Of a stretch of DNA of 25,433 bases, positions 8,949 through 16,348 are shown piece by piece. The translations under genes and the position numbers were made by a program. Numbering within the stretch: the first letter of the stretch is position 1; each line of letters opens with the position of its first letter. The notes beneath the pieces were generated by a model. The model was given only the letters and a program-made list of their open reading frames with translations. It searched no databases and was not told the origin of the DNA. The DNA comes from a virus. Its lineage: Duplodnaviria > Caudoviricetes. The DNA lies in IMG/VR virus record IMGVR_UViG_3300010398_000043, positions 1 to 25,433 of that record, one strand, 5' to 3'.

Positions 8949-10270
8949 AAGGCACGCTCTCACGCTTTGGCCTCGGGTATCGGTATGCCCCGGAGGGCGT
9001 GCCGATTATCCTGGGCTTTTCCCGTATCGGAGATCGAGGTACGGAATTCCCAGCTGAACTGGCTGTCTACAACGCCGGCGCCCGCGACGCGACCATCACC
9101 CGCCAGGTCAACCTGAAGGCGTCGCTCACCCAGGGCGCGCTAGCCGGCGTGCTGAAAGAACTCCAAGAGTTGAGCAATGGCAGTGCCGTGGACTGGAAGG
9201 CTGTCCTGCGCGAGGCATCCGAAAGCGTGATTGCCTCGCACCGCGCGGGTCATCCTGTACGCGTGATCCAGGGCGAGGTCAAACGCCCGCCGCCACCCAG
9301 CTGGTTGGCCCAGGGCTTGCTGCTCAAGAACAAGCCCAACTGCTGGCTCGGCGCGGCCAGCACCGGCAAGAGCACGCTGGCCAAGGCCGTGTGTGCCTAC
9401 TACGCCAGTGGCTATCGCTTTTGCGACCGCGAGATGGAGCGGGGTGTGCCGTTCTATCTGGACTGGGAAGACGACGAGGATTCGTTCACCCGCGTGGTGA
9501 TCGACATCTGCTCCAGCCTGGGCGTGCGGCCCGTGCCGCTGATGTTGTGGCGCGACATGCACGGCTACCGGCTGCGGGATCAGATCGAGACGATAGGCGA
9601 GTACATCGACCGCTACAACGTGGGACTGCTCGTGTTGGATGCGGTTGCCGCAGCTGGCGGGGGCGGGGGCGAGCACGTCAGCTGGGAGGACATCGCCCTG
9701 GAGATGGAGCGTTGCCTGGGCAGCTTGCCGCTGGTCACCGTGCTAGCCCTGGATCACGTTACCGGCGAGGAACTCAAGCTCGGCAGCAAGGCACCGGTGC
9801 CCATCAAGGCGCGCGGCGCGGCGCGCAAGTACGAGTATCTGCGCAACCAGTGGAGCCTGGTGACTGACCAGACAGCTGCTCTAGACGGGCGGCACGTTGT
9901 CAACTGGCACCACACCAAAAACAACGTAGGTCGCAAAGAGACCCAGGGGTTTGCCACCGAGATCGAGCATCGCGAAGATGAGATCTCCATTGTGGTGCGG
10001 CCTATCGAGATGCCCGAAGCGGCCGAAGTCCAGTCCGTCGAGGCCAGCACGGCTGACCTGATCCTGGCCAAGCTGGCCGAGGCTACCGACCAGACTATTG
10101 GTGAGCTTGCCTGGCGACTGGACGGTAAGCCTGGTCGCGAGCGTCTGGTGCGCACTACGCTTGACCGGGCGGTACGCATGGGGCGCGCGATACGCACGGC
10201 CCAGAATCCCAGCCGCTACACGCTGGTGGGTGGGCCACAAGGTGTGCTGGTGCCCTTCCCAGGAGCTTAG
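8945..10270 (+). CDS. AAA/RecA-fold (RepA/AAA_25-like) replicative helicase with C-terminal wHTH-like region
   Basis: PSWLAQGLL, Walker A GAASTGKS, YLDWED, Walker B LLVLDAV, LDH, and KNN motifs. Confidence 0.85.
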   Translation: MKGTLSRFGLGYRYAPEGVPIILGFSRIGDRGTEFPAELAVYNAGARDATITRQVNLKASLTQGALAGVLKELQELSNGSAVDWKAVLREASESVIASHRAGHPVRVIQGEVKRPPPPSWLAQGLLLKNKPNCWLGAASTGKSTLAKAVCAYYASGYRFCDREMERGVPFYLDWEDDEDSFTRVVIDICSSLGVRPVPLMLWRDMHGYRLRDQIETIGEYIDRYNVGLLVLDAVAAAGGGGGEHVSWEDIALEMERCLGSLPLVTVLALDHVTGEELKLGSKAPVPIKARGAARKYEYLRNQWSLVTDQTAALDGRHVVNWHHTKNNVGRKETQGFATEIEHREDEISIVVRPIEMPEAAEVQSVEASTADLILAKLAEATDQTIGELAWRLDGKPGRERLVRTTLDRAVRMGRAIRTAQNPSRYTLVGGPQGVLVPFPGA

Positions 10271-10275
10271 AGCCG

Positions 10276-10387
10276 GTGACACATGACACACGCCCTTAAA
10301 AGACACTGTGTGTCAGTGTCAGTGTGTCACGACACACATGACACACAGTTATGACGCAGTGACACATGTGTCAGTGTCATGTGTCAC
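10276..10387. repeat. TGACAC/GTGTCA iteron cluster with 14-bp terminal inverted repeats; probable replication origin
   Basis: Ten exact TGACAC/GTGTCA hexamers in 112 bp. Inverted repeat GTGACACATGACAC at 10276-10289 and 10374-10387. Palindrome TGACACATGTGTCA at 10360-10373. Immediately follows the helicase stop. Confidence 0.8.
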
Positions 10388-10396
10388 TTTGGCTGG

Positions 10397-10424
10397 AAAA
10401 GAAAAGGCCCCCTATGCGGGGGCC
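10397..10424 (-). terminator. Intrinsic terminator of the leftward operon
   Basis: Minus strand reads GGCCCCC-GCATA-GGGGGCC-TTTTCTTTT, overlapping the stop of the last leftward gene. Confidence 0.8.
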
Positions 10425-10609
10425 GATTCGGGCTCTGGCTGGAGCAGCTGGTCGAGGCGTTCCAGGGCCAGCCGCAGGTACCAGGGAGGTTGCTGTACGG
10501 CGGCCTCCCAGCGCTTGACGGTGAGCACCGTCACGCCGAGGAGGTCGGCCAGCTGTAGCTGGGTCAGGTGGTGCTCGTAACGCCACAGCTGGACGTCCTC
10601 ACTCGTCAC
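10412..10609 (-). CDS. XRE-family HTH protein
   Basis: VQLWRYEHHLTQLQLADLLGVTVLTVKRWE...PWYLRLALERL; GTG start at 10609. Confidence 0.8.
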   Translation of the reverse strand: MTSEDVQLWRYEHHLTQLQLADLLGVTVLTVKRWEAAVQQPPWYLRLALERLDQLLQPEPESAPA

Positions 10610-10748
10610 GGTAGTCGCCCTTTGCGTGGCGCAGCTGGCGTCGCGCCTCGCGCAGCCAGTCGTTGATCTTGTCGCGCAGAATGGGTAGCCAGGCAATGGC
10701 GCCCAGGCCGAGCAGGAGCAGGCCGAGCAGGCCGAAGATGGGGGTCAC
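10599..10748 (-). CDS. Small membrane protein
   Basis: AAGGAGACCCAC precedes the GTG; hydrophobic segment IFGLLGLLLLGLGAIAWLPIL. Confidence 0.65.
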   Translation of the reverse strand: MTPIFGLLGLLLLGLGAIAWLPILRDKINDWLREARRQLRHAKGDYRDE

Positions 10749-10921
10749 GCGTGGGTCTCCTTCGGGTGGAACGGATGGCGGATGGCATCCTTGCGGGCCT
10801 CGGTCTCCGAGGTAAATGGTGCCGAACGCACGGCGCACACCGTGCAAGTCCAGACGTGCAGCTGCATGGTGCGGCGGCCCTTGACTGGCAGCAGGCGCCG
10901 CACGCTTTCGAAGCGGATCAC
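10745..10921 (-). CDS. Small C2H2-like Zn-finger protein
   Basis: WTCTVC...F...A...RHPFH; GTGA overlaps at both ends. Confidence 0.55.
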   Translation of the reverse strand: MIRFESVRRLLPVKGRRTMQLHVWTCTVCAVRSAPFTSETEARKDAIRHPFHPKETHA

Positions 10922-11133
10922 GCGACGCCCAGGGCGCGCACGGCGGCGCGCGGGATACGGAACGTCTCGCCACAGACGTCGCAGGTGTAGGTCCGCAGGT
11001 TGGGCAGGTTGCCCATGTTGTGGATATCGATCATGTAGGCACTGTCGAGGCCCTCGACGCCCCCGCCGCAGTCGGCGGGGCAATCGATGTACACGGCGGC
11101 AGTGCGCCAGGTAGCCATACGTGGACGAGGCAT
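10918..11133 (-). CDS. Small Zn-ribbon protein
   Basis: TGAGGAGACCCACATG start; CPADC...CDVCG. Confidence 0.7.
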   Translation of the reverse strand: MPRPRMATWRTAAVYIDCPADCGGGVEGLDSAYMIDIHNMGNLPNLRTYTCDVCGETFRIPRAAVRALGVA

Positions 11134-11143
11134 GTGGGTCTCC

Positions 11144-11467
11144 TCAGAACGGCAGGAGCACGGCGCCGCAGTCGCGGCAGGTGTTCTCGCCATGATGGAT
11201 GGTAGGTTTGGCGGGCAGCCCGCCGACCAGGGCCGAGCAGCGGTACAGCTGCGCGCCGCAGCACACGCTGTCGAAGATGACGTGGGCGTCCGGGTCGCTG
11301 GGTTCGTGGTTGTGCTCGCCGCGTGGCAGCAGCTGGTCAAGGTGGGCGCGCAGCTGCTCAAGGTTGTCACGATTGAGCAGTAGCACGTCGCCATCGATGT
11401 CCAGGCTGAACATGCCCTCGGCGGATGAAGGCGTGAGGGCGATTGAGGGCCAGCCAAAGTTGGTCAC
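11144..11467 (-). CDS. Hypothetical Cys-rich protein
   Basis: GTG at 11467 overlaps the upstream TGA, RBS AAGGGAG; SVCCG...CRDCG. Confidence 0.65.
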   Translation of the reverse strand: MTNFGWPSIALTPSSAEGMFSLDIDGDVLLLNRDNLEQLRAHLDQLLPRGEHNHEPSDPDAHVIFDSVCCGAQLYRCSALVGGLPAKPTIHHGENTCRDCGAVLLPF

Positions 11468-12183
11468 GCGAGTACTCCCTTGAGGTTGATCGAATCCAGC
11501 CATTGATGGATCTCGGGCACGCCCCGGTCGCGGCCTCGGAAGGTCAGGTACGTGCCATCCGCCGAGGCGCACCCGAAGGCAGCTGCTCGGCGCAGGCGCA
11601 GCAGTGAGTTGACGCGGCCCATATGGATGGCCTTGCCATGGCGTAGGGCGAGGTCGCACAGCCGCCGCGCGCCATCCGACAGCTTCCACTCGCCGCGCGG
11701 GTTGTCAGCGGTGGCCAGGCGCGCCTCGGGGCCGCCACCCAGGAAGAGCACATCGAAGGCTGACCAGTGGATCTTGGCCAGGTGCTGCTCCAGGCCATTC
11801 TGGGCGACCAGGGCGGCCCTGTAGCCGAGTGAGCGGATGATGGGCAGCACCGGGTACGAGCGCTCCAGGGTGGCGCGCCAGTCGCCCACCACGTCGGGCG
11901 CGGCGGCAAACAGGGCCTGGCCCTTCAGGTGCGCCCACTTATCGAGCAGGCCCAGGAAGCGCGGCAAGCTAAACGGTTTGCGCCCCTTCGACAGGTATTC
12001 GGTGAACACCCCGTTGTCGCACGCGAAGACACCCAGGCCGGACGGGTTATTGCCCATCCAGGGGTTGAAGAGCACGCCGAAGTCCGGGCGCACGTTGAGC
12101 GCAGCCGGCACGATGGCGCCGGACAGGTAGGTCATGACGAAGGCTTCGGTCTTGCCGGAGCCGGGTAGCAGTACTTGGTTCAC
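11464..12183 (-). CDS. TGT/DpdA-fold (base transglycosylase-like TIM barrel) protein
   Basis: Ordered motifs ACDNGVF, APDVVG, VAQNG, FLGGG, IHMGRVN, SADGT parallel the TGT-family DSGxF / D / VQG / GG / HxxG / SxD motifs. Start motif GGAGACCCACATCATC precedes the GTG. Confidence 0.6.
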   Translation of the reverse strand: MNQVLLPGSGKTEAFVMTYLSGAIVPAALNVRPDFGVLFNPWMGNNPSGLGVFACDNGVFTEYLSKGRKPFSLPRFLGLLDKWAHLKGQALFAAAPDVVGDWRATLERSYPVLPIIRSLGYRAALVAQNGLEQHLAKIHWSAFDVLFLGGGPEARLATADNPRGEWKLSDGARRLCDLALRHGKAIHMGRVNSLLRLRRAAAFGCASADGTYLTFRGRDRGVPEIHQWLDSINLKGVLA

Positions 12184-13762
12184 GATGATGTGGGTCTCCG
12201 TGGGTAGGGGCGCCCTAGTCGGCGTCCGGGTCCGCGTCCCGCAGCACGGGACTGTCGATATCGGCCTCGCGCAGCAGCGCCGCGTACAAGCGGTCCAGCT
12301 GGCCGCTAGAGGCCCACTGCTCGCCCATCAGGCCGTAGGCCCGCAGGGCGCGGTCATAGCGGCCCAGGGCGCTTCTGAGGGCCTCATAGCGGGCGTGCCA
12401 GTCGATAGTCATGGGTGTGGGTCTCCTTATCGAACGGTGCGCCCGACCAGGGCGCCCAGGGCGGTAAACGATGGGGCGATGACACTCTGGCCCAGGATCT
12501 CGTGGGCCTTCTTTTCCGAGAGGCCGGCGACCAGGGCGGGGTCTATGCCCTTGATCCTGGCGTGCTCAGCGGCCGAGAAGAGCCGCGCATAGCCGGCGCG
12601 CGTGGGGTGGGCGAGGCGCACATCCGTGTTGCCGCCCTTCTGGTAGCCCCGCCGTAGCGTGGGTACCGAGGTGGCCGAGGGCTCAAGGAAGCGCCGCCCT
12701 CGGCTAAAGCCATTGCCCTTCGCCTTGTCCCGCGCGGCCTTCTTATCGAAGCTGGCCGTGCTTTTCCAGGCCCCGGCCAGGGGCCGTTTGTCGAGTACCT
12801 CGCCCAGGGCAGCCGGCCGCTGCACGGTGGGCGCGAGGGCCTCAAGGTTGAAGTCCAGGCCGGCGATGCACGCCACCATGATCCAGCGCTGGCGGGCTTC
12901 CAGGGCGTAGTCGCTGCCCTGGACGATGCGTTCCGAGATCACGTAGCCAAAGCGCCGCAACCTGGCGCGAATGATCTTGGCCGTAGCGCTGTCGGCGTAC
13001 TCGGGCACGTTTTCGAGGATGACCACGGCCGGCGAGGTGGCGCGGATGACCTCAAGGAAGGCCACCACGAGATCCGCCAGGGCCTCCTCGTCTTCTTGCT
13101 CGTCCAGGCCTTTCTTGGCCTTGCCAGCACGAGAGGCCGCTGTGCAGGGTAGGCCGGCCTCAAGGATGTCGCACTCGGGCAGTACGGAAGGATCGATGTC
13201 GCCCAGGTCGCCCTCAATCGACATGCCGCCCTGGGCGAGCGGGCCGTGGGCAAACGACTGGCGCATGTAGTGCTCATCGCGCTCGTTGGCAAAGGTCAGC
13301 TGCCCGCCCAGGCCGCGCAGCATGGCGTCGGAGGCGATGCCACCCCCGTGGCACAGCGAACCGAGTCGCCAGGCCTGGCCACTGCCCAGACGTGCGTTGA
13401 GGGCCGCCAGACGGCCGCTCGTATCCTTCCAACGCCCGTCACTGGGGATGACGCGTACCGTAATCGCCCGCTTCTCGAAGCTGACGTACACCGTCTCGGC
13501 GTCGGCGTACTCCGAGAGGTGGAGATCCACCACCGGCCGACGCGCGTCGCCCGAGACCTTGTGGTCACCGGCGGGCGTGAGGCGCAAGGTGAGCGCGCCC
13601 TGGGCGTCCAGGGCCTTCTGATAGCGGATGCCGTTTTTGAACCCGACGTCCGTCAGCCGTTTGCCTTCGAGCCACAGCCGGCGCGCGCCGCGATGCATGC
13701 CCAACTTGCGTTGGATGGAGTGGACGAGCAGCTGCTCAGTCTTGCCGGAGCCTGGTAGCAGT
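12146..13762 (-). repeat. 27-bp direct repeat (25/27 identical) encoding LLPGSGKTE
   Basis: Copies at 12146-12172 and 13736-13762, at the 5' ends of the TGT-like and methyltransferase genes. Confidence 0.9.
12215..12412 (-). CDS. Hypothetical protein (65 aa)
   Basis: TAAGGAGACCCACACCC precedes the ATG. Confidence 0.7.
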   Translation of the reverse strand: MTIDWHARYEALRSALGRYDRALRAYGLMGEQWASSGQLDRLYAALLREADIDSPVLRDADPDAD

Positions 13763-13767
13763 GTCAT
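12427..13767 (-). CDS. DNA (cytosine-5)-methyltransferase with extra N-terminal domain
   Basis: Variant motif I SLCHGGG, motif IV AGLPCT, motif VI ILENV, motif VIII RQRW, RLFSAAEHARIKG, motif X LGQSV. ATG at 13767 overlaps the upstream TGA. Confidence 0.9.
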   Translation of the reverse strand: MTLLPGSGKTEQLLVHSIQRKLGMHRGARRLWLEGKRLTDVGFKNGIRYQKALDAQGALTLRLTPAGDHKVSGDARRPVVDLHLSEYADAETVYVSFEKRAITVRVIPSDGRWKDTSGRLAALNARLGSGQAWRLGSLCHGGGIASDAMLRGLGGQLTFANERDEHYMRQSFAHGPLAQGGMSIEGDLGDIDPSVLPECDILEAGLPCTAASRAGKAKKGLDEQEDEEALADLVVAFLEVIRATSPAVVILENVPEYADSATAKIIRARLRRFGYVISERIVQGSDYALEARQRWIMVACIAGLDFNLEALAPTVQRPAALGEVLDKRPLAGAWKSTASFDKKAARDKAKGNGFSRGRRFLEPSATSVPTLRRGYQKGGNTDVRLAHPTRAGYARLFSAAEHARIKGIDPALVAGLSEKKAHEILGQSVIAPSFTALGALVGRTVR

Positions 13768-14153
13768 CGCGGGTTGACCACCCATGACCCACACGGAGCG
13801 GTCATGATGAAGAGGTCAGCGGCAACCACCGGCGTACCGTCGGCCAGCACGAAGGTGTCATGGCGGTACGGGTCGAAGCACACGCGCTGGGCGCCCTCCG
13901 GCAGGGCCGATGCGGGCAGCTGCGCGAGGATCTCAACGTCACCCCGCACGTAGGCGCACACTTCCTTCTGGCCCACACGCCGCAAGTGGGCCAGCTTGCC
14001 CAATTGGACACGGAATTCGGGCGCACTCACGATGACGGCCTCGGCGTGGGCAACCACCTTGCCCTTGAGACGGATGGAGACCTTCTTGTGCAGAAGGTTG
14101 CGATAGACATCGGCGGCTTCAAACGAGCCGGACGAAAGCGTAGGGACTGGCAT
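13764..14153 (-). CDS. Conserved phage hypothetical protein (VYRNL..K family)
   Basis: DVYRNLLHKKVSIR..GKVVAH...F.V...K.VCAYVRG...FDPY resembles a widespread phage family; GGAGACCCAC start motif. Confidence 0.75.
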   Translation of the reverse strand: MPVPTLSSGSFEAADVYRNLLHKKVSIRLKGKVVAHAEAVIVSAPEFRVQLGKLAHLRRVGQKEVCAYVRGDVEILAQLPASALPEGAQRVCFDPYRHDTFVLADGTPVVAADLFIMTAPCGSWVVNPR

Positions 14154-14182
14154 GGGATGTGGGTCTCCTTGGAAAGCAGCGC

Positions 14183-14875
14183 TCAGTGGGCGCGATACGA
14201 GATAGCGACGGTGGGCGCATCCCAACACGCGCGGCAGCTGCCGCACTCGTTGTTCTGCGAGTAGGCCGGGCAGTTGAACGACCCGTCGTCAGCTGCGGTC
14301 GAACCGGCCGACAGGCCAGCGATACGCGGGGCCGGCGCGTTGAGGAACAGGGCCGAGGGCCTCACGGTGACGTTGTCGAGGGCGTCCAGGGCCGTGAGGG
14401 CCAGCGTCCAGGCCACTTTGGTCGAGGCCGAGATCTTCGACATGGTCATCGGCCGCCACGAGCGCGTGGGAAACCAGAACTTGACGTCGGGCAAGGCCTG
14501 GCAGATACGCACCCAGGCCCAGGTGTAGGCCGGCGAGAAGAGGTCGCCCGAGTCATGCACTCGGAAATAGGGATTGTTCGCACGGCGGATGACGTCCGTC
14601 ATGATGCGCACGAAGTCGTCCGTGCCGGCCTCAGTCTTGAGACACTCGCGAACCCATGCAAAGCGGGCGCGCTGCGCCTTCTTGACGTTGGGATACGTGG
14701 TGTAGCTGCCCTTGTCGGCGTAGCAGCTGCCGCAGATGGTGTGCTCCCCGCCGAGCATGTACGGGCAGGCCTCGCGGGCCGGCAGCGACCATGACGCGGA
14801 GGGCATTTTGGATGTGTCAGTGAGCAGCAGGGTCTTCGTGCCAGGAACGTAAGCGCGAGGAATGAAATGCTTCAT
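14183..14875 (-). CDS. GP88-like Cys-cluster (radical-SAM-like) protein
   Basis: SKMP..SWSLPAREACP-x-CGSCYADKGSY, FRVHDSGD, FWFPTR, and C-terminal CPA..CGSCRACW...H. Confidence 0.75.
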   Translation of the reverse strand: MKHFIPRAYVPGTKTLLLTDTSKMPSASWSLPAREACPYMLGGEHTICGSCYADKGSYTTYPNVKKAQRARFAWVRECLKTEAGTDDFVRIMTDVIRRANNPYFRVHDSGDLFSPAYTWAWVRICQALPDVKFWFPTRSWRPMTMSKISASTKVAWTLALTALDALDNVTVRPSALFLNAPAPRIAGLSAGSTAADDGSFNCPAYSQNNECGSCRACWDAPTVAISYRAH

Positions 14876-14926
14876 CGGAATGTGGGTCTCCTTGCCGCCG
14901 AGATATGGGAGTGGCGGCCAGGCCAT

Positions 14927-14943
14927 GGTATCGAATCGATACC
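14927..14943. promoter_or_regulatory. Palindromic operator candidate GGTATCGA-A-TCGATACC
   Basis: Perfect 8-1-8 inverted repeat overlapping a minus-strand TACCAT (-10-like) about 50 bp upstream of the leftward operon. Confidence 0.55.
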
Positions 14944-15085
14944 CTCCTCGCGCGTGTTCCTTGAGTGGGAAAGTCGGGAAAGTGGCTGGAGTGAGAAGGC
15001 CAGACCCCACAAAACTCGGGCATTTTGTGACACCTGCTAAGGCCTTTATTGCAGTCTGCCAATACTTTGCTAACAGGTTGCCCTC

Positions 15086-15571
15086 GTGACCAGGGCGACA
15101 AACGAGCGCTTCGAGAGCGCTCTAGCAGCTGTCAAGGAGGTTGCGCCCAAGCGCACGCGACACACATTCCGACAACGGGCAATGCTTCAGCACGCGTTCC
15201 TTGAGAAATACTCGCGCTACGGGAACATCGGCCACTGCTGCGACCTCATCGGCGTCTCGCGCGATACCTACTACGCTTGGCAAGAGCACGATGAGCAGTT
15301 CGCCCTGGCCTTCCAACAGGCCGAGAAGCGAGCGCTTGAGACGCTAGAGGCCGAAGCCTGGCGACGGGCCGTAGAAGGTAGTCCCTACTCTCGTACCAGC
15401 TACTACCGGGGTGAACCGGTGGGTACCGATCACAAGATTGAGTACAGCGACAACCTCCTCACACTTTTGCTTCGTGCGCGGGCGCCGGAGCGGTATCGCG
15501 AGAAGGTCGATATGACCGTGTCGCAAGTGATCAAAACGGTGGCGGGCGTTGATCCCGCATCCGTGCTGTAA
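15086..15571 (+). CDS. terS: Terminase small subunit
   Basis: AFLEKY...GNIGHCCDLIGVSRDTYYAW...LEAEAWRRAVEG...YSDNLLTLLLRARAPERYRE; upstream of TerL. Confidence 0.8.
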   Translation: MTRATNERFESALAAVKEVAPKRTRHTFRQRAMLQHAFLEKYSRYGNIGHCCDLIGVSRDTYYAWQEHDEQFALAFQQAEKRALETLEAEAWRRAVEGSPYSRTSYYRGEPVGTDHKIEYSDNLLTLLLRARAPERYREKVDMTVSQVIKTVAGVDPASVL

Positions 15572-15957
15572 GCGACACCCGAGGCCTGTTGTGTCGCCTA
15601 CGGGCGACCGTTTGATCTCACCCGAGGGTCGAACTACGTCTTCCTCCCGAGAAGAAGGGGAACGCGCGCGAGAGGGGGTGGCAGTGGGACGTGCCCCGAT
15701 CACGTCCGGCCCGCGCGCATGTTGTTACTCAGATTCCAGAAATCCCAGATTGGAGAAAACCGATTTTGGGAAATCCAGAACCCAGACGCTGCTGGTGTTG
15801 CAAGACCTGGCACTTCGGGGTGGTCTGTCCTCGCTGCCGGTCCAAACGAGAGCGCTCGAACGATGCCAACCCGACTCGGTACGGGCCTACTCGGAGCGCA
15901 GGAGTTACGGGGATTTTGAGCGCTACCCCCATAAACGTTCCAGGGCAGGAGACCCAC

Positions 15958-16152
15958 ATGACATCAGAGAAATTGATATCTTTGCCCGCCCGAGAGGTAC
16001 CCATCTGTCCCGTGAGCCCGGAGTTGCTCAAGACGATGCATGACGACGGAGTGCGGCTCTCGGCGTCAACTGATCCGGTGCTCTTCCGCTGGGGCATCCA
16101 CTTGCTGGAGGACTGGAGATCACTGGAGTTGATAGCGGAGAGGTACCGATGA
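15958..16152 (+). CDS. Hypothetical protein (start at motif-associated ATG; ORF can extend to 15691)
   Basis: CAGGAGACCCACATG start; ATGA overlap with the next gene. Confidence 0.6.
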   Translation: MTSEKLISLPAREVPICPVSPELLKTMHDDGVRLSASTDPVLFRWGIHLLEDWRSLELIAERYR

Positions 16153-16346
16153 AACCGAAGTGGCAGCAGCGCTGTGCGCGCCGCTGTGTGGACAAGCAGG
16201 ACCGGCCGGTGTTCGGCTCGCAGTGGGTACATACCTGGGGCGTTACCGAGTGGGTGTGCTCGGCGTGCGCCACCAAGATAGCCAGAAGGGCCGGGCTGAT
16301 CCCGGAGACCCACATCTCAGAGAAGTTCAGCCAGGCCCGCATGTAA
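16149..16346 (+). CDS. Small Zn-finger protein
   Basis: CARRC...WVCSAC; stop lies 2 bp before the TerL ATG. Confidence 0.6.
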   Translation: MKPKWQQRCARRCVDKQDRPVFGSQWVHTWGVTEWVCSACATKIARRAGLIPETHISEKFSQARM

Positions 16347-16348
16347 GT

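Larger units (their letters stand above)
10751..16315. repeat. Dispersed GGAGACCCAC(AT) start-associated motif (8 copies)
   Basis: Minus strand at 10751-10760, 11132-11143, 12188-12199, 12416-12426, 14157-14168, 14880-14891. Plus strand at 15948-15959 and 16304-16315. Confidence 0.85.

Noticed and set aside
10276-10387. Possible CRISPR array or MITE
   Set aside because: Units are 6-bp iterons without unique spacers. No cas gene, transposase or target-site duplication was seen.
10308-10580. 90-aa ORF MCQCQCVTTH...
   Set aside because: Translation artefact of the iteron repeat, antisense to the HTH gene.
12146-12172. GSGKT as a functional Walker A
   Set aside because: It lies at the extreme N-terminus, with no Walker B or P-loop fold following in either protein.
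10751-14891. GGTCTC (BsaI-type site) inside the start motif as the MTase target
   Set aside because: It arises automatically from GGAGACC; nothing in the sequence links it to MTase specificity.
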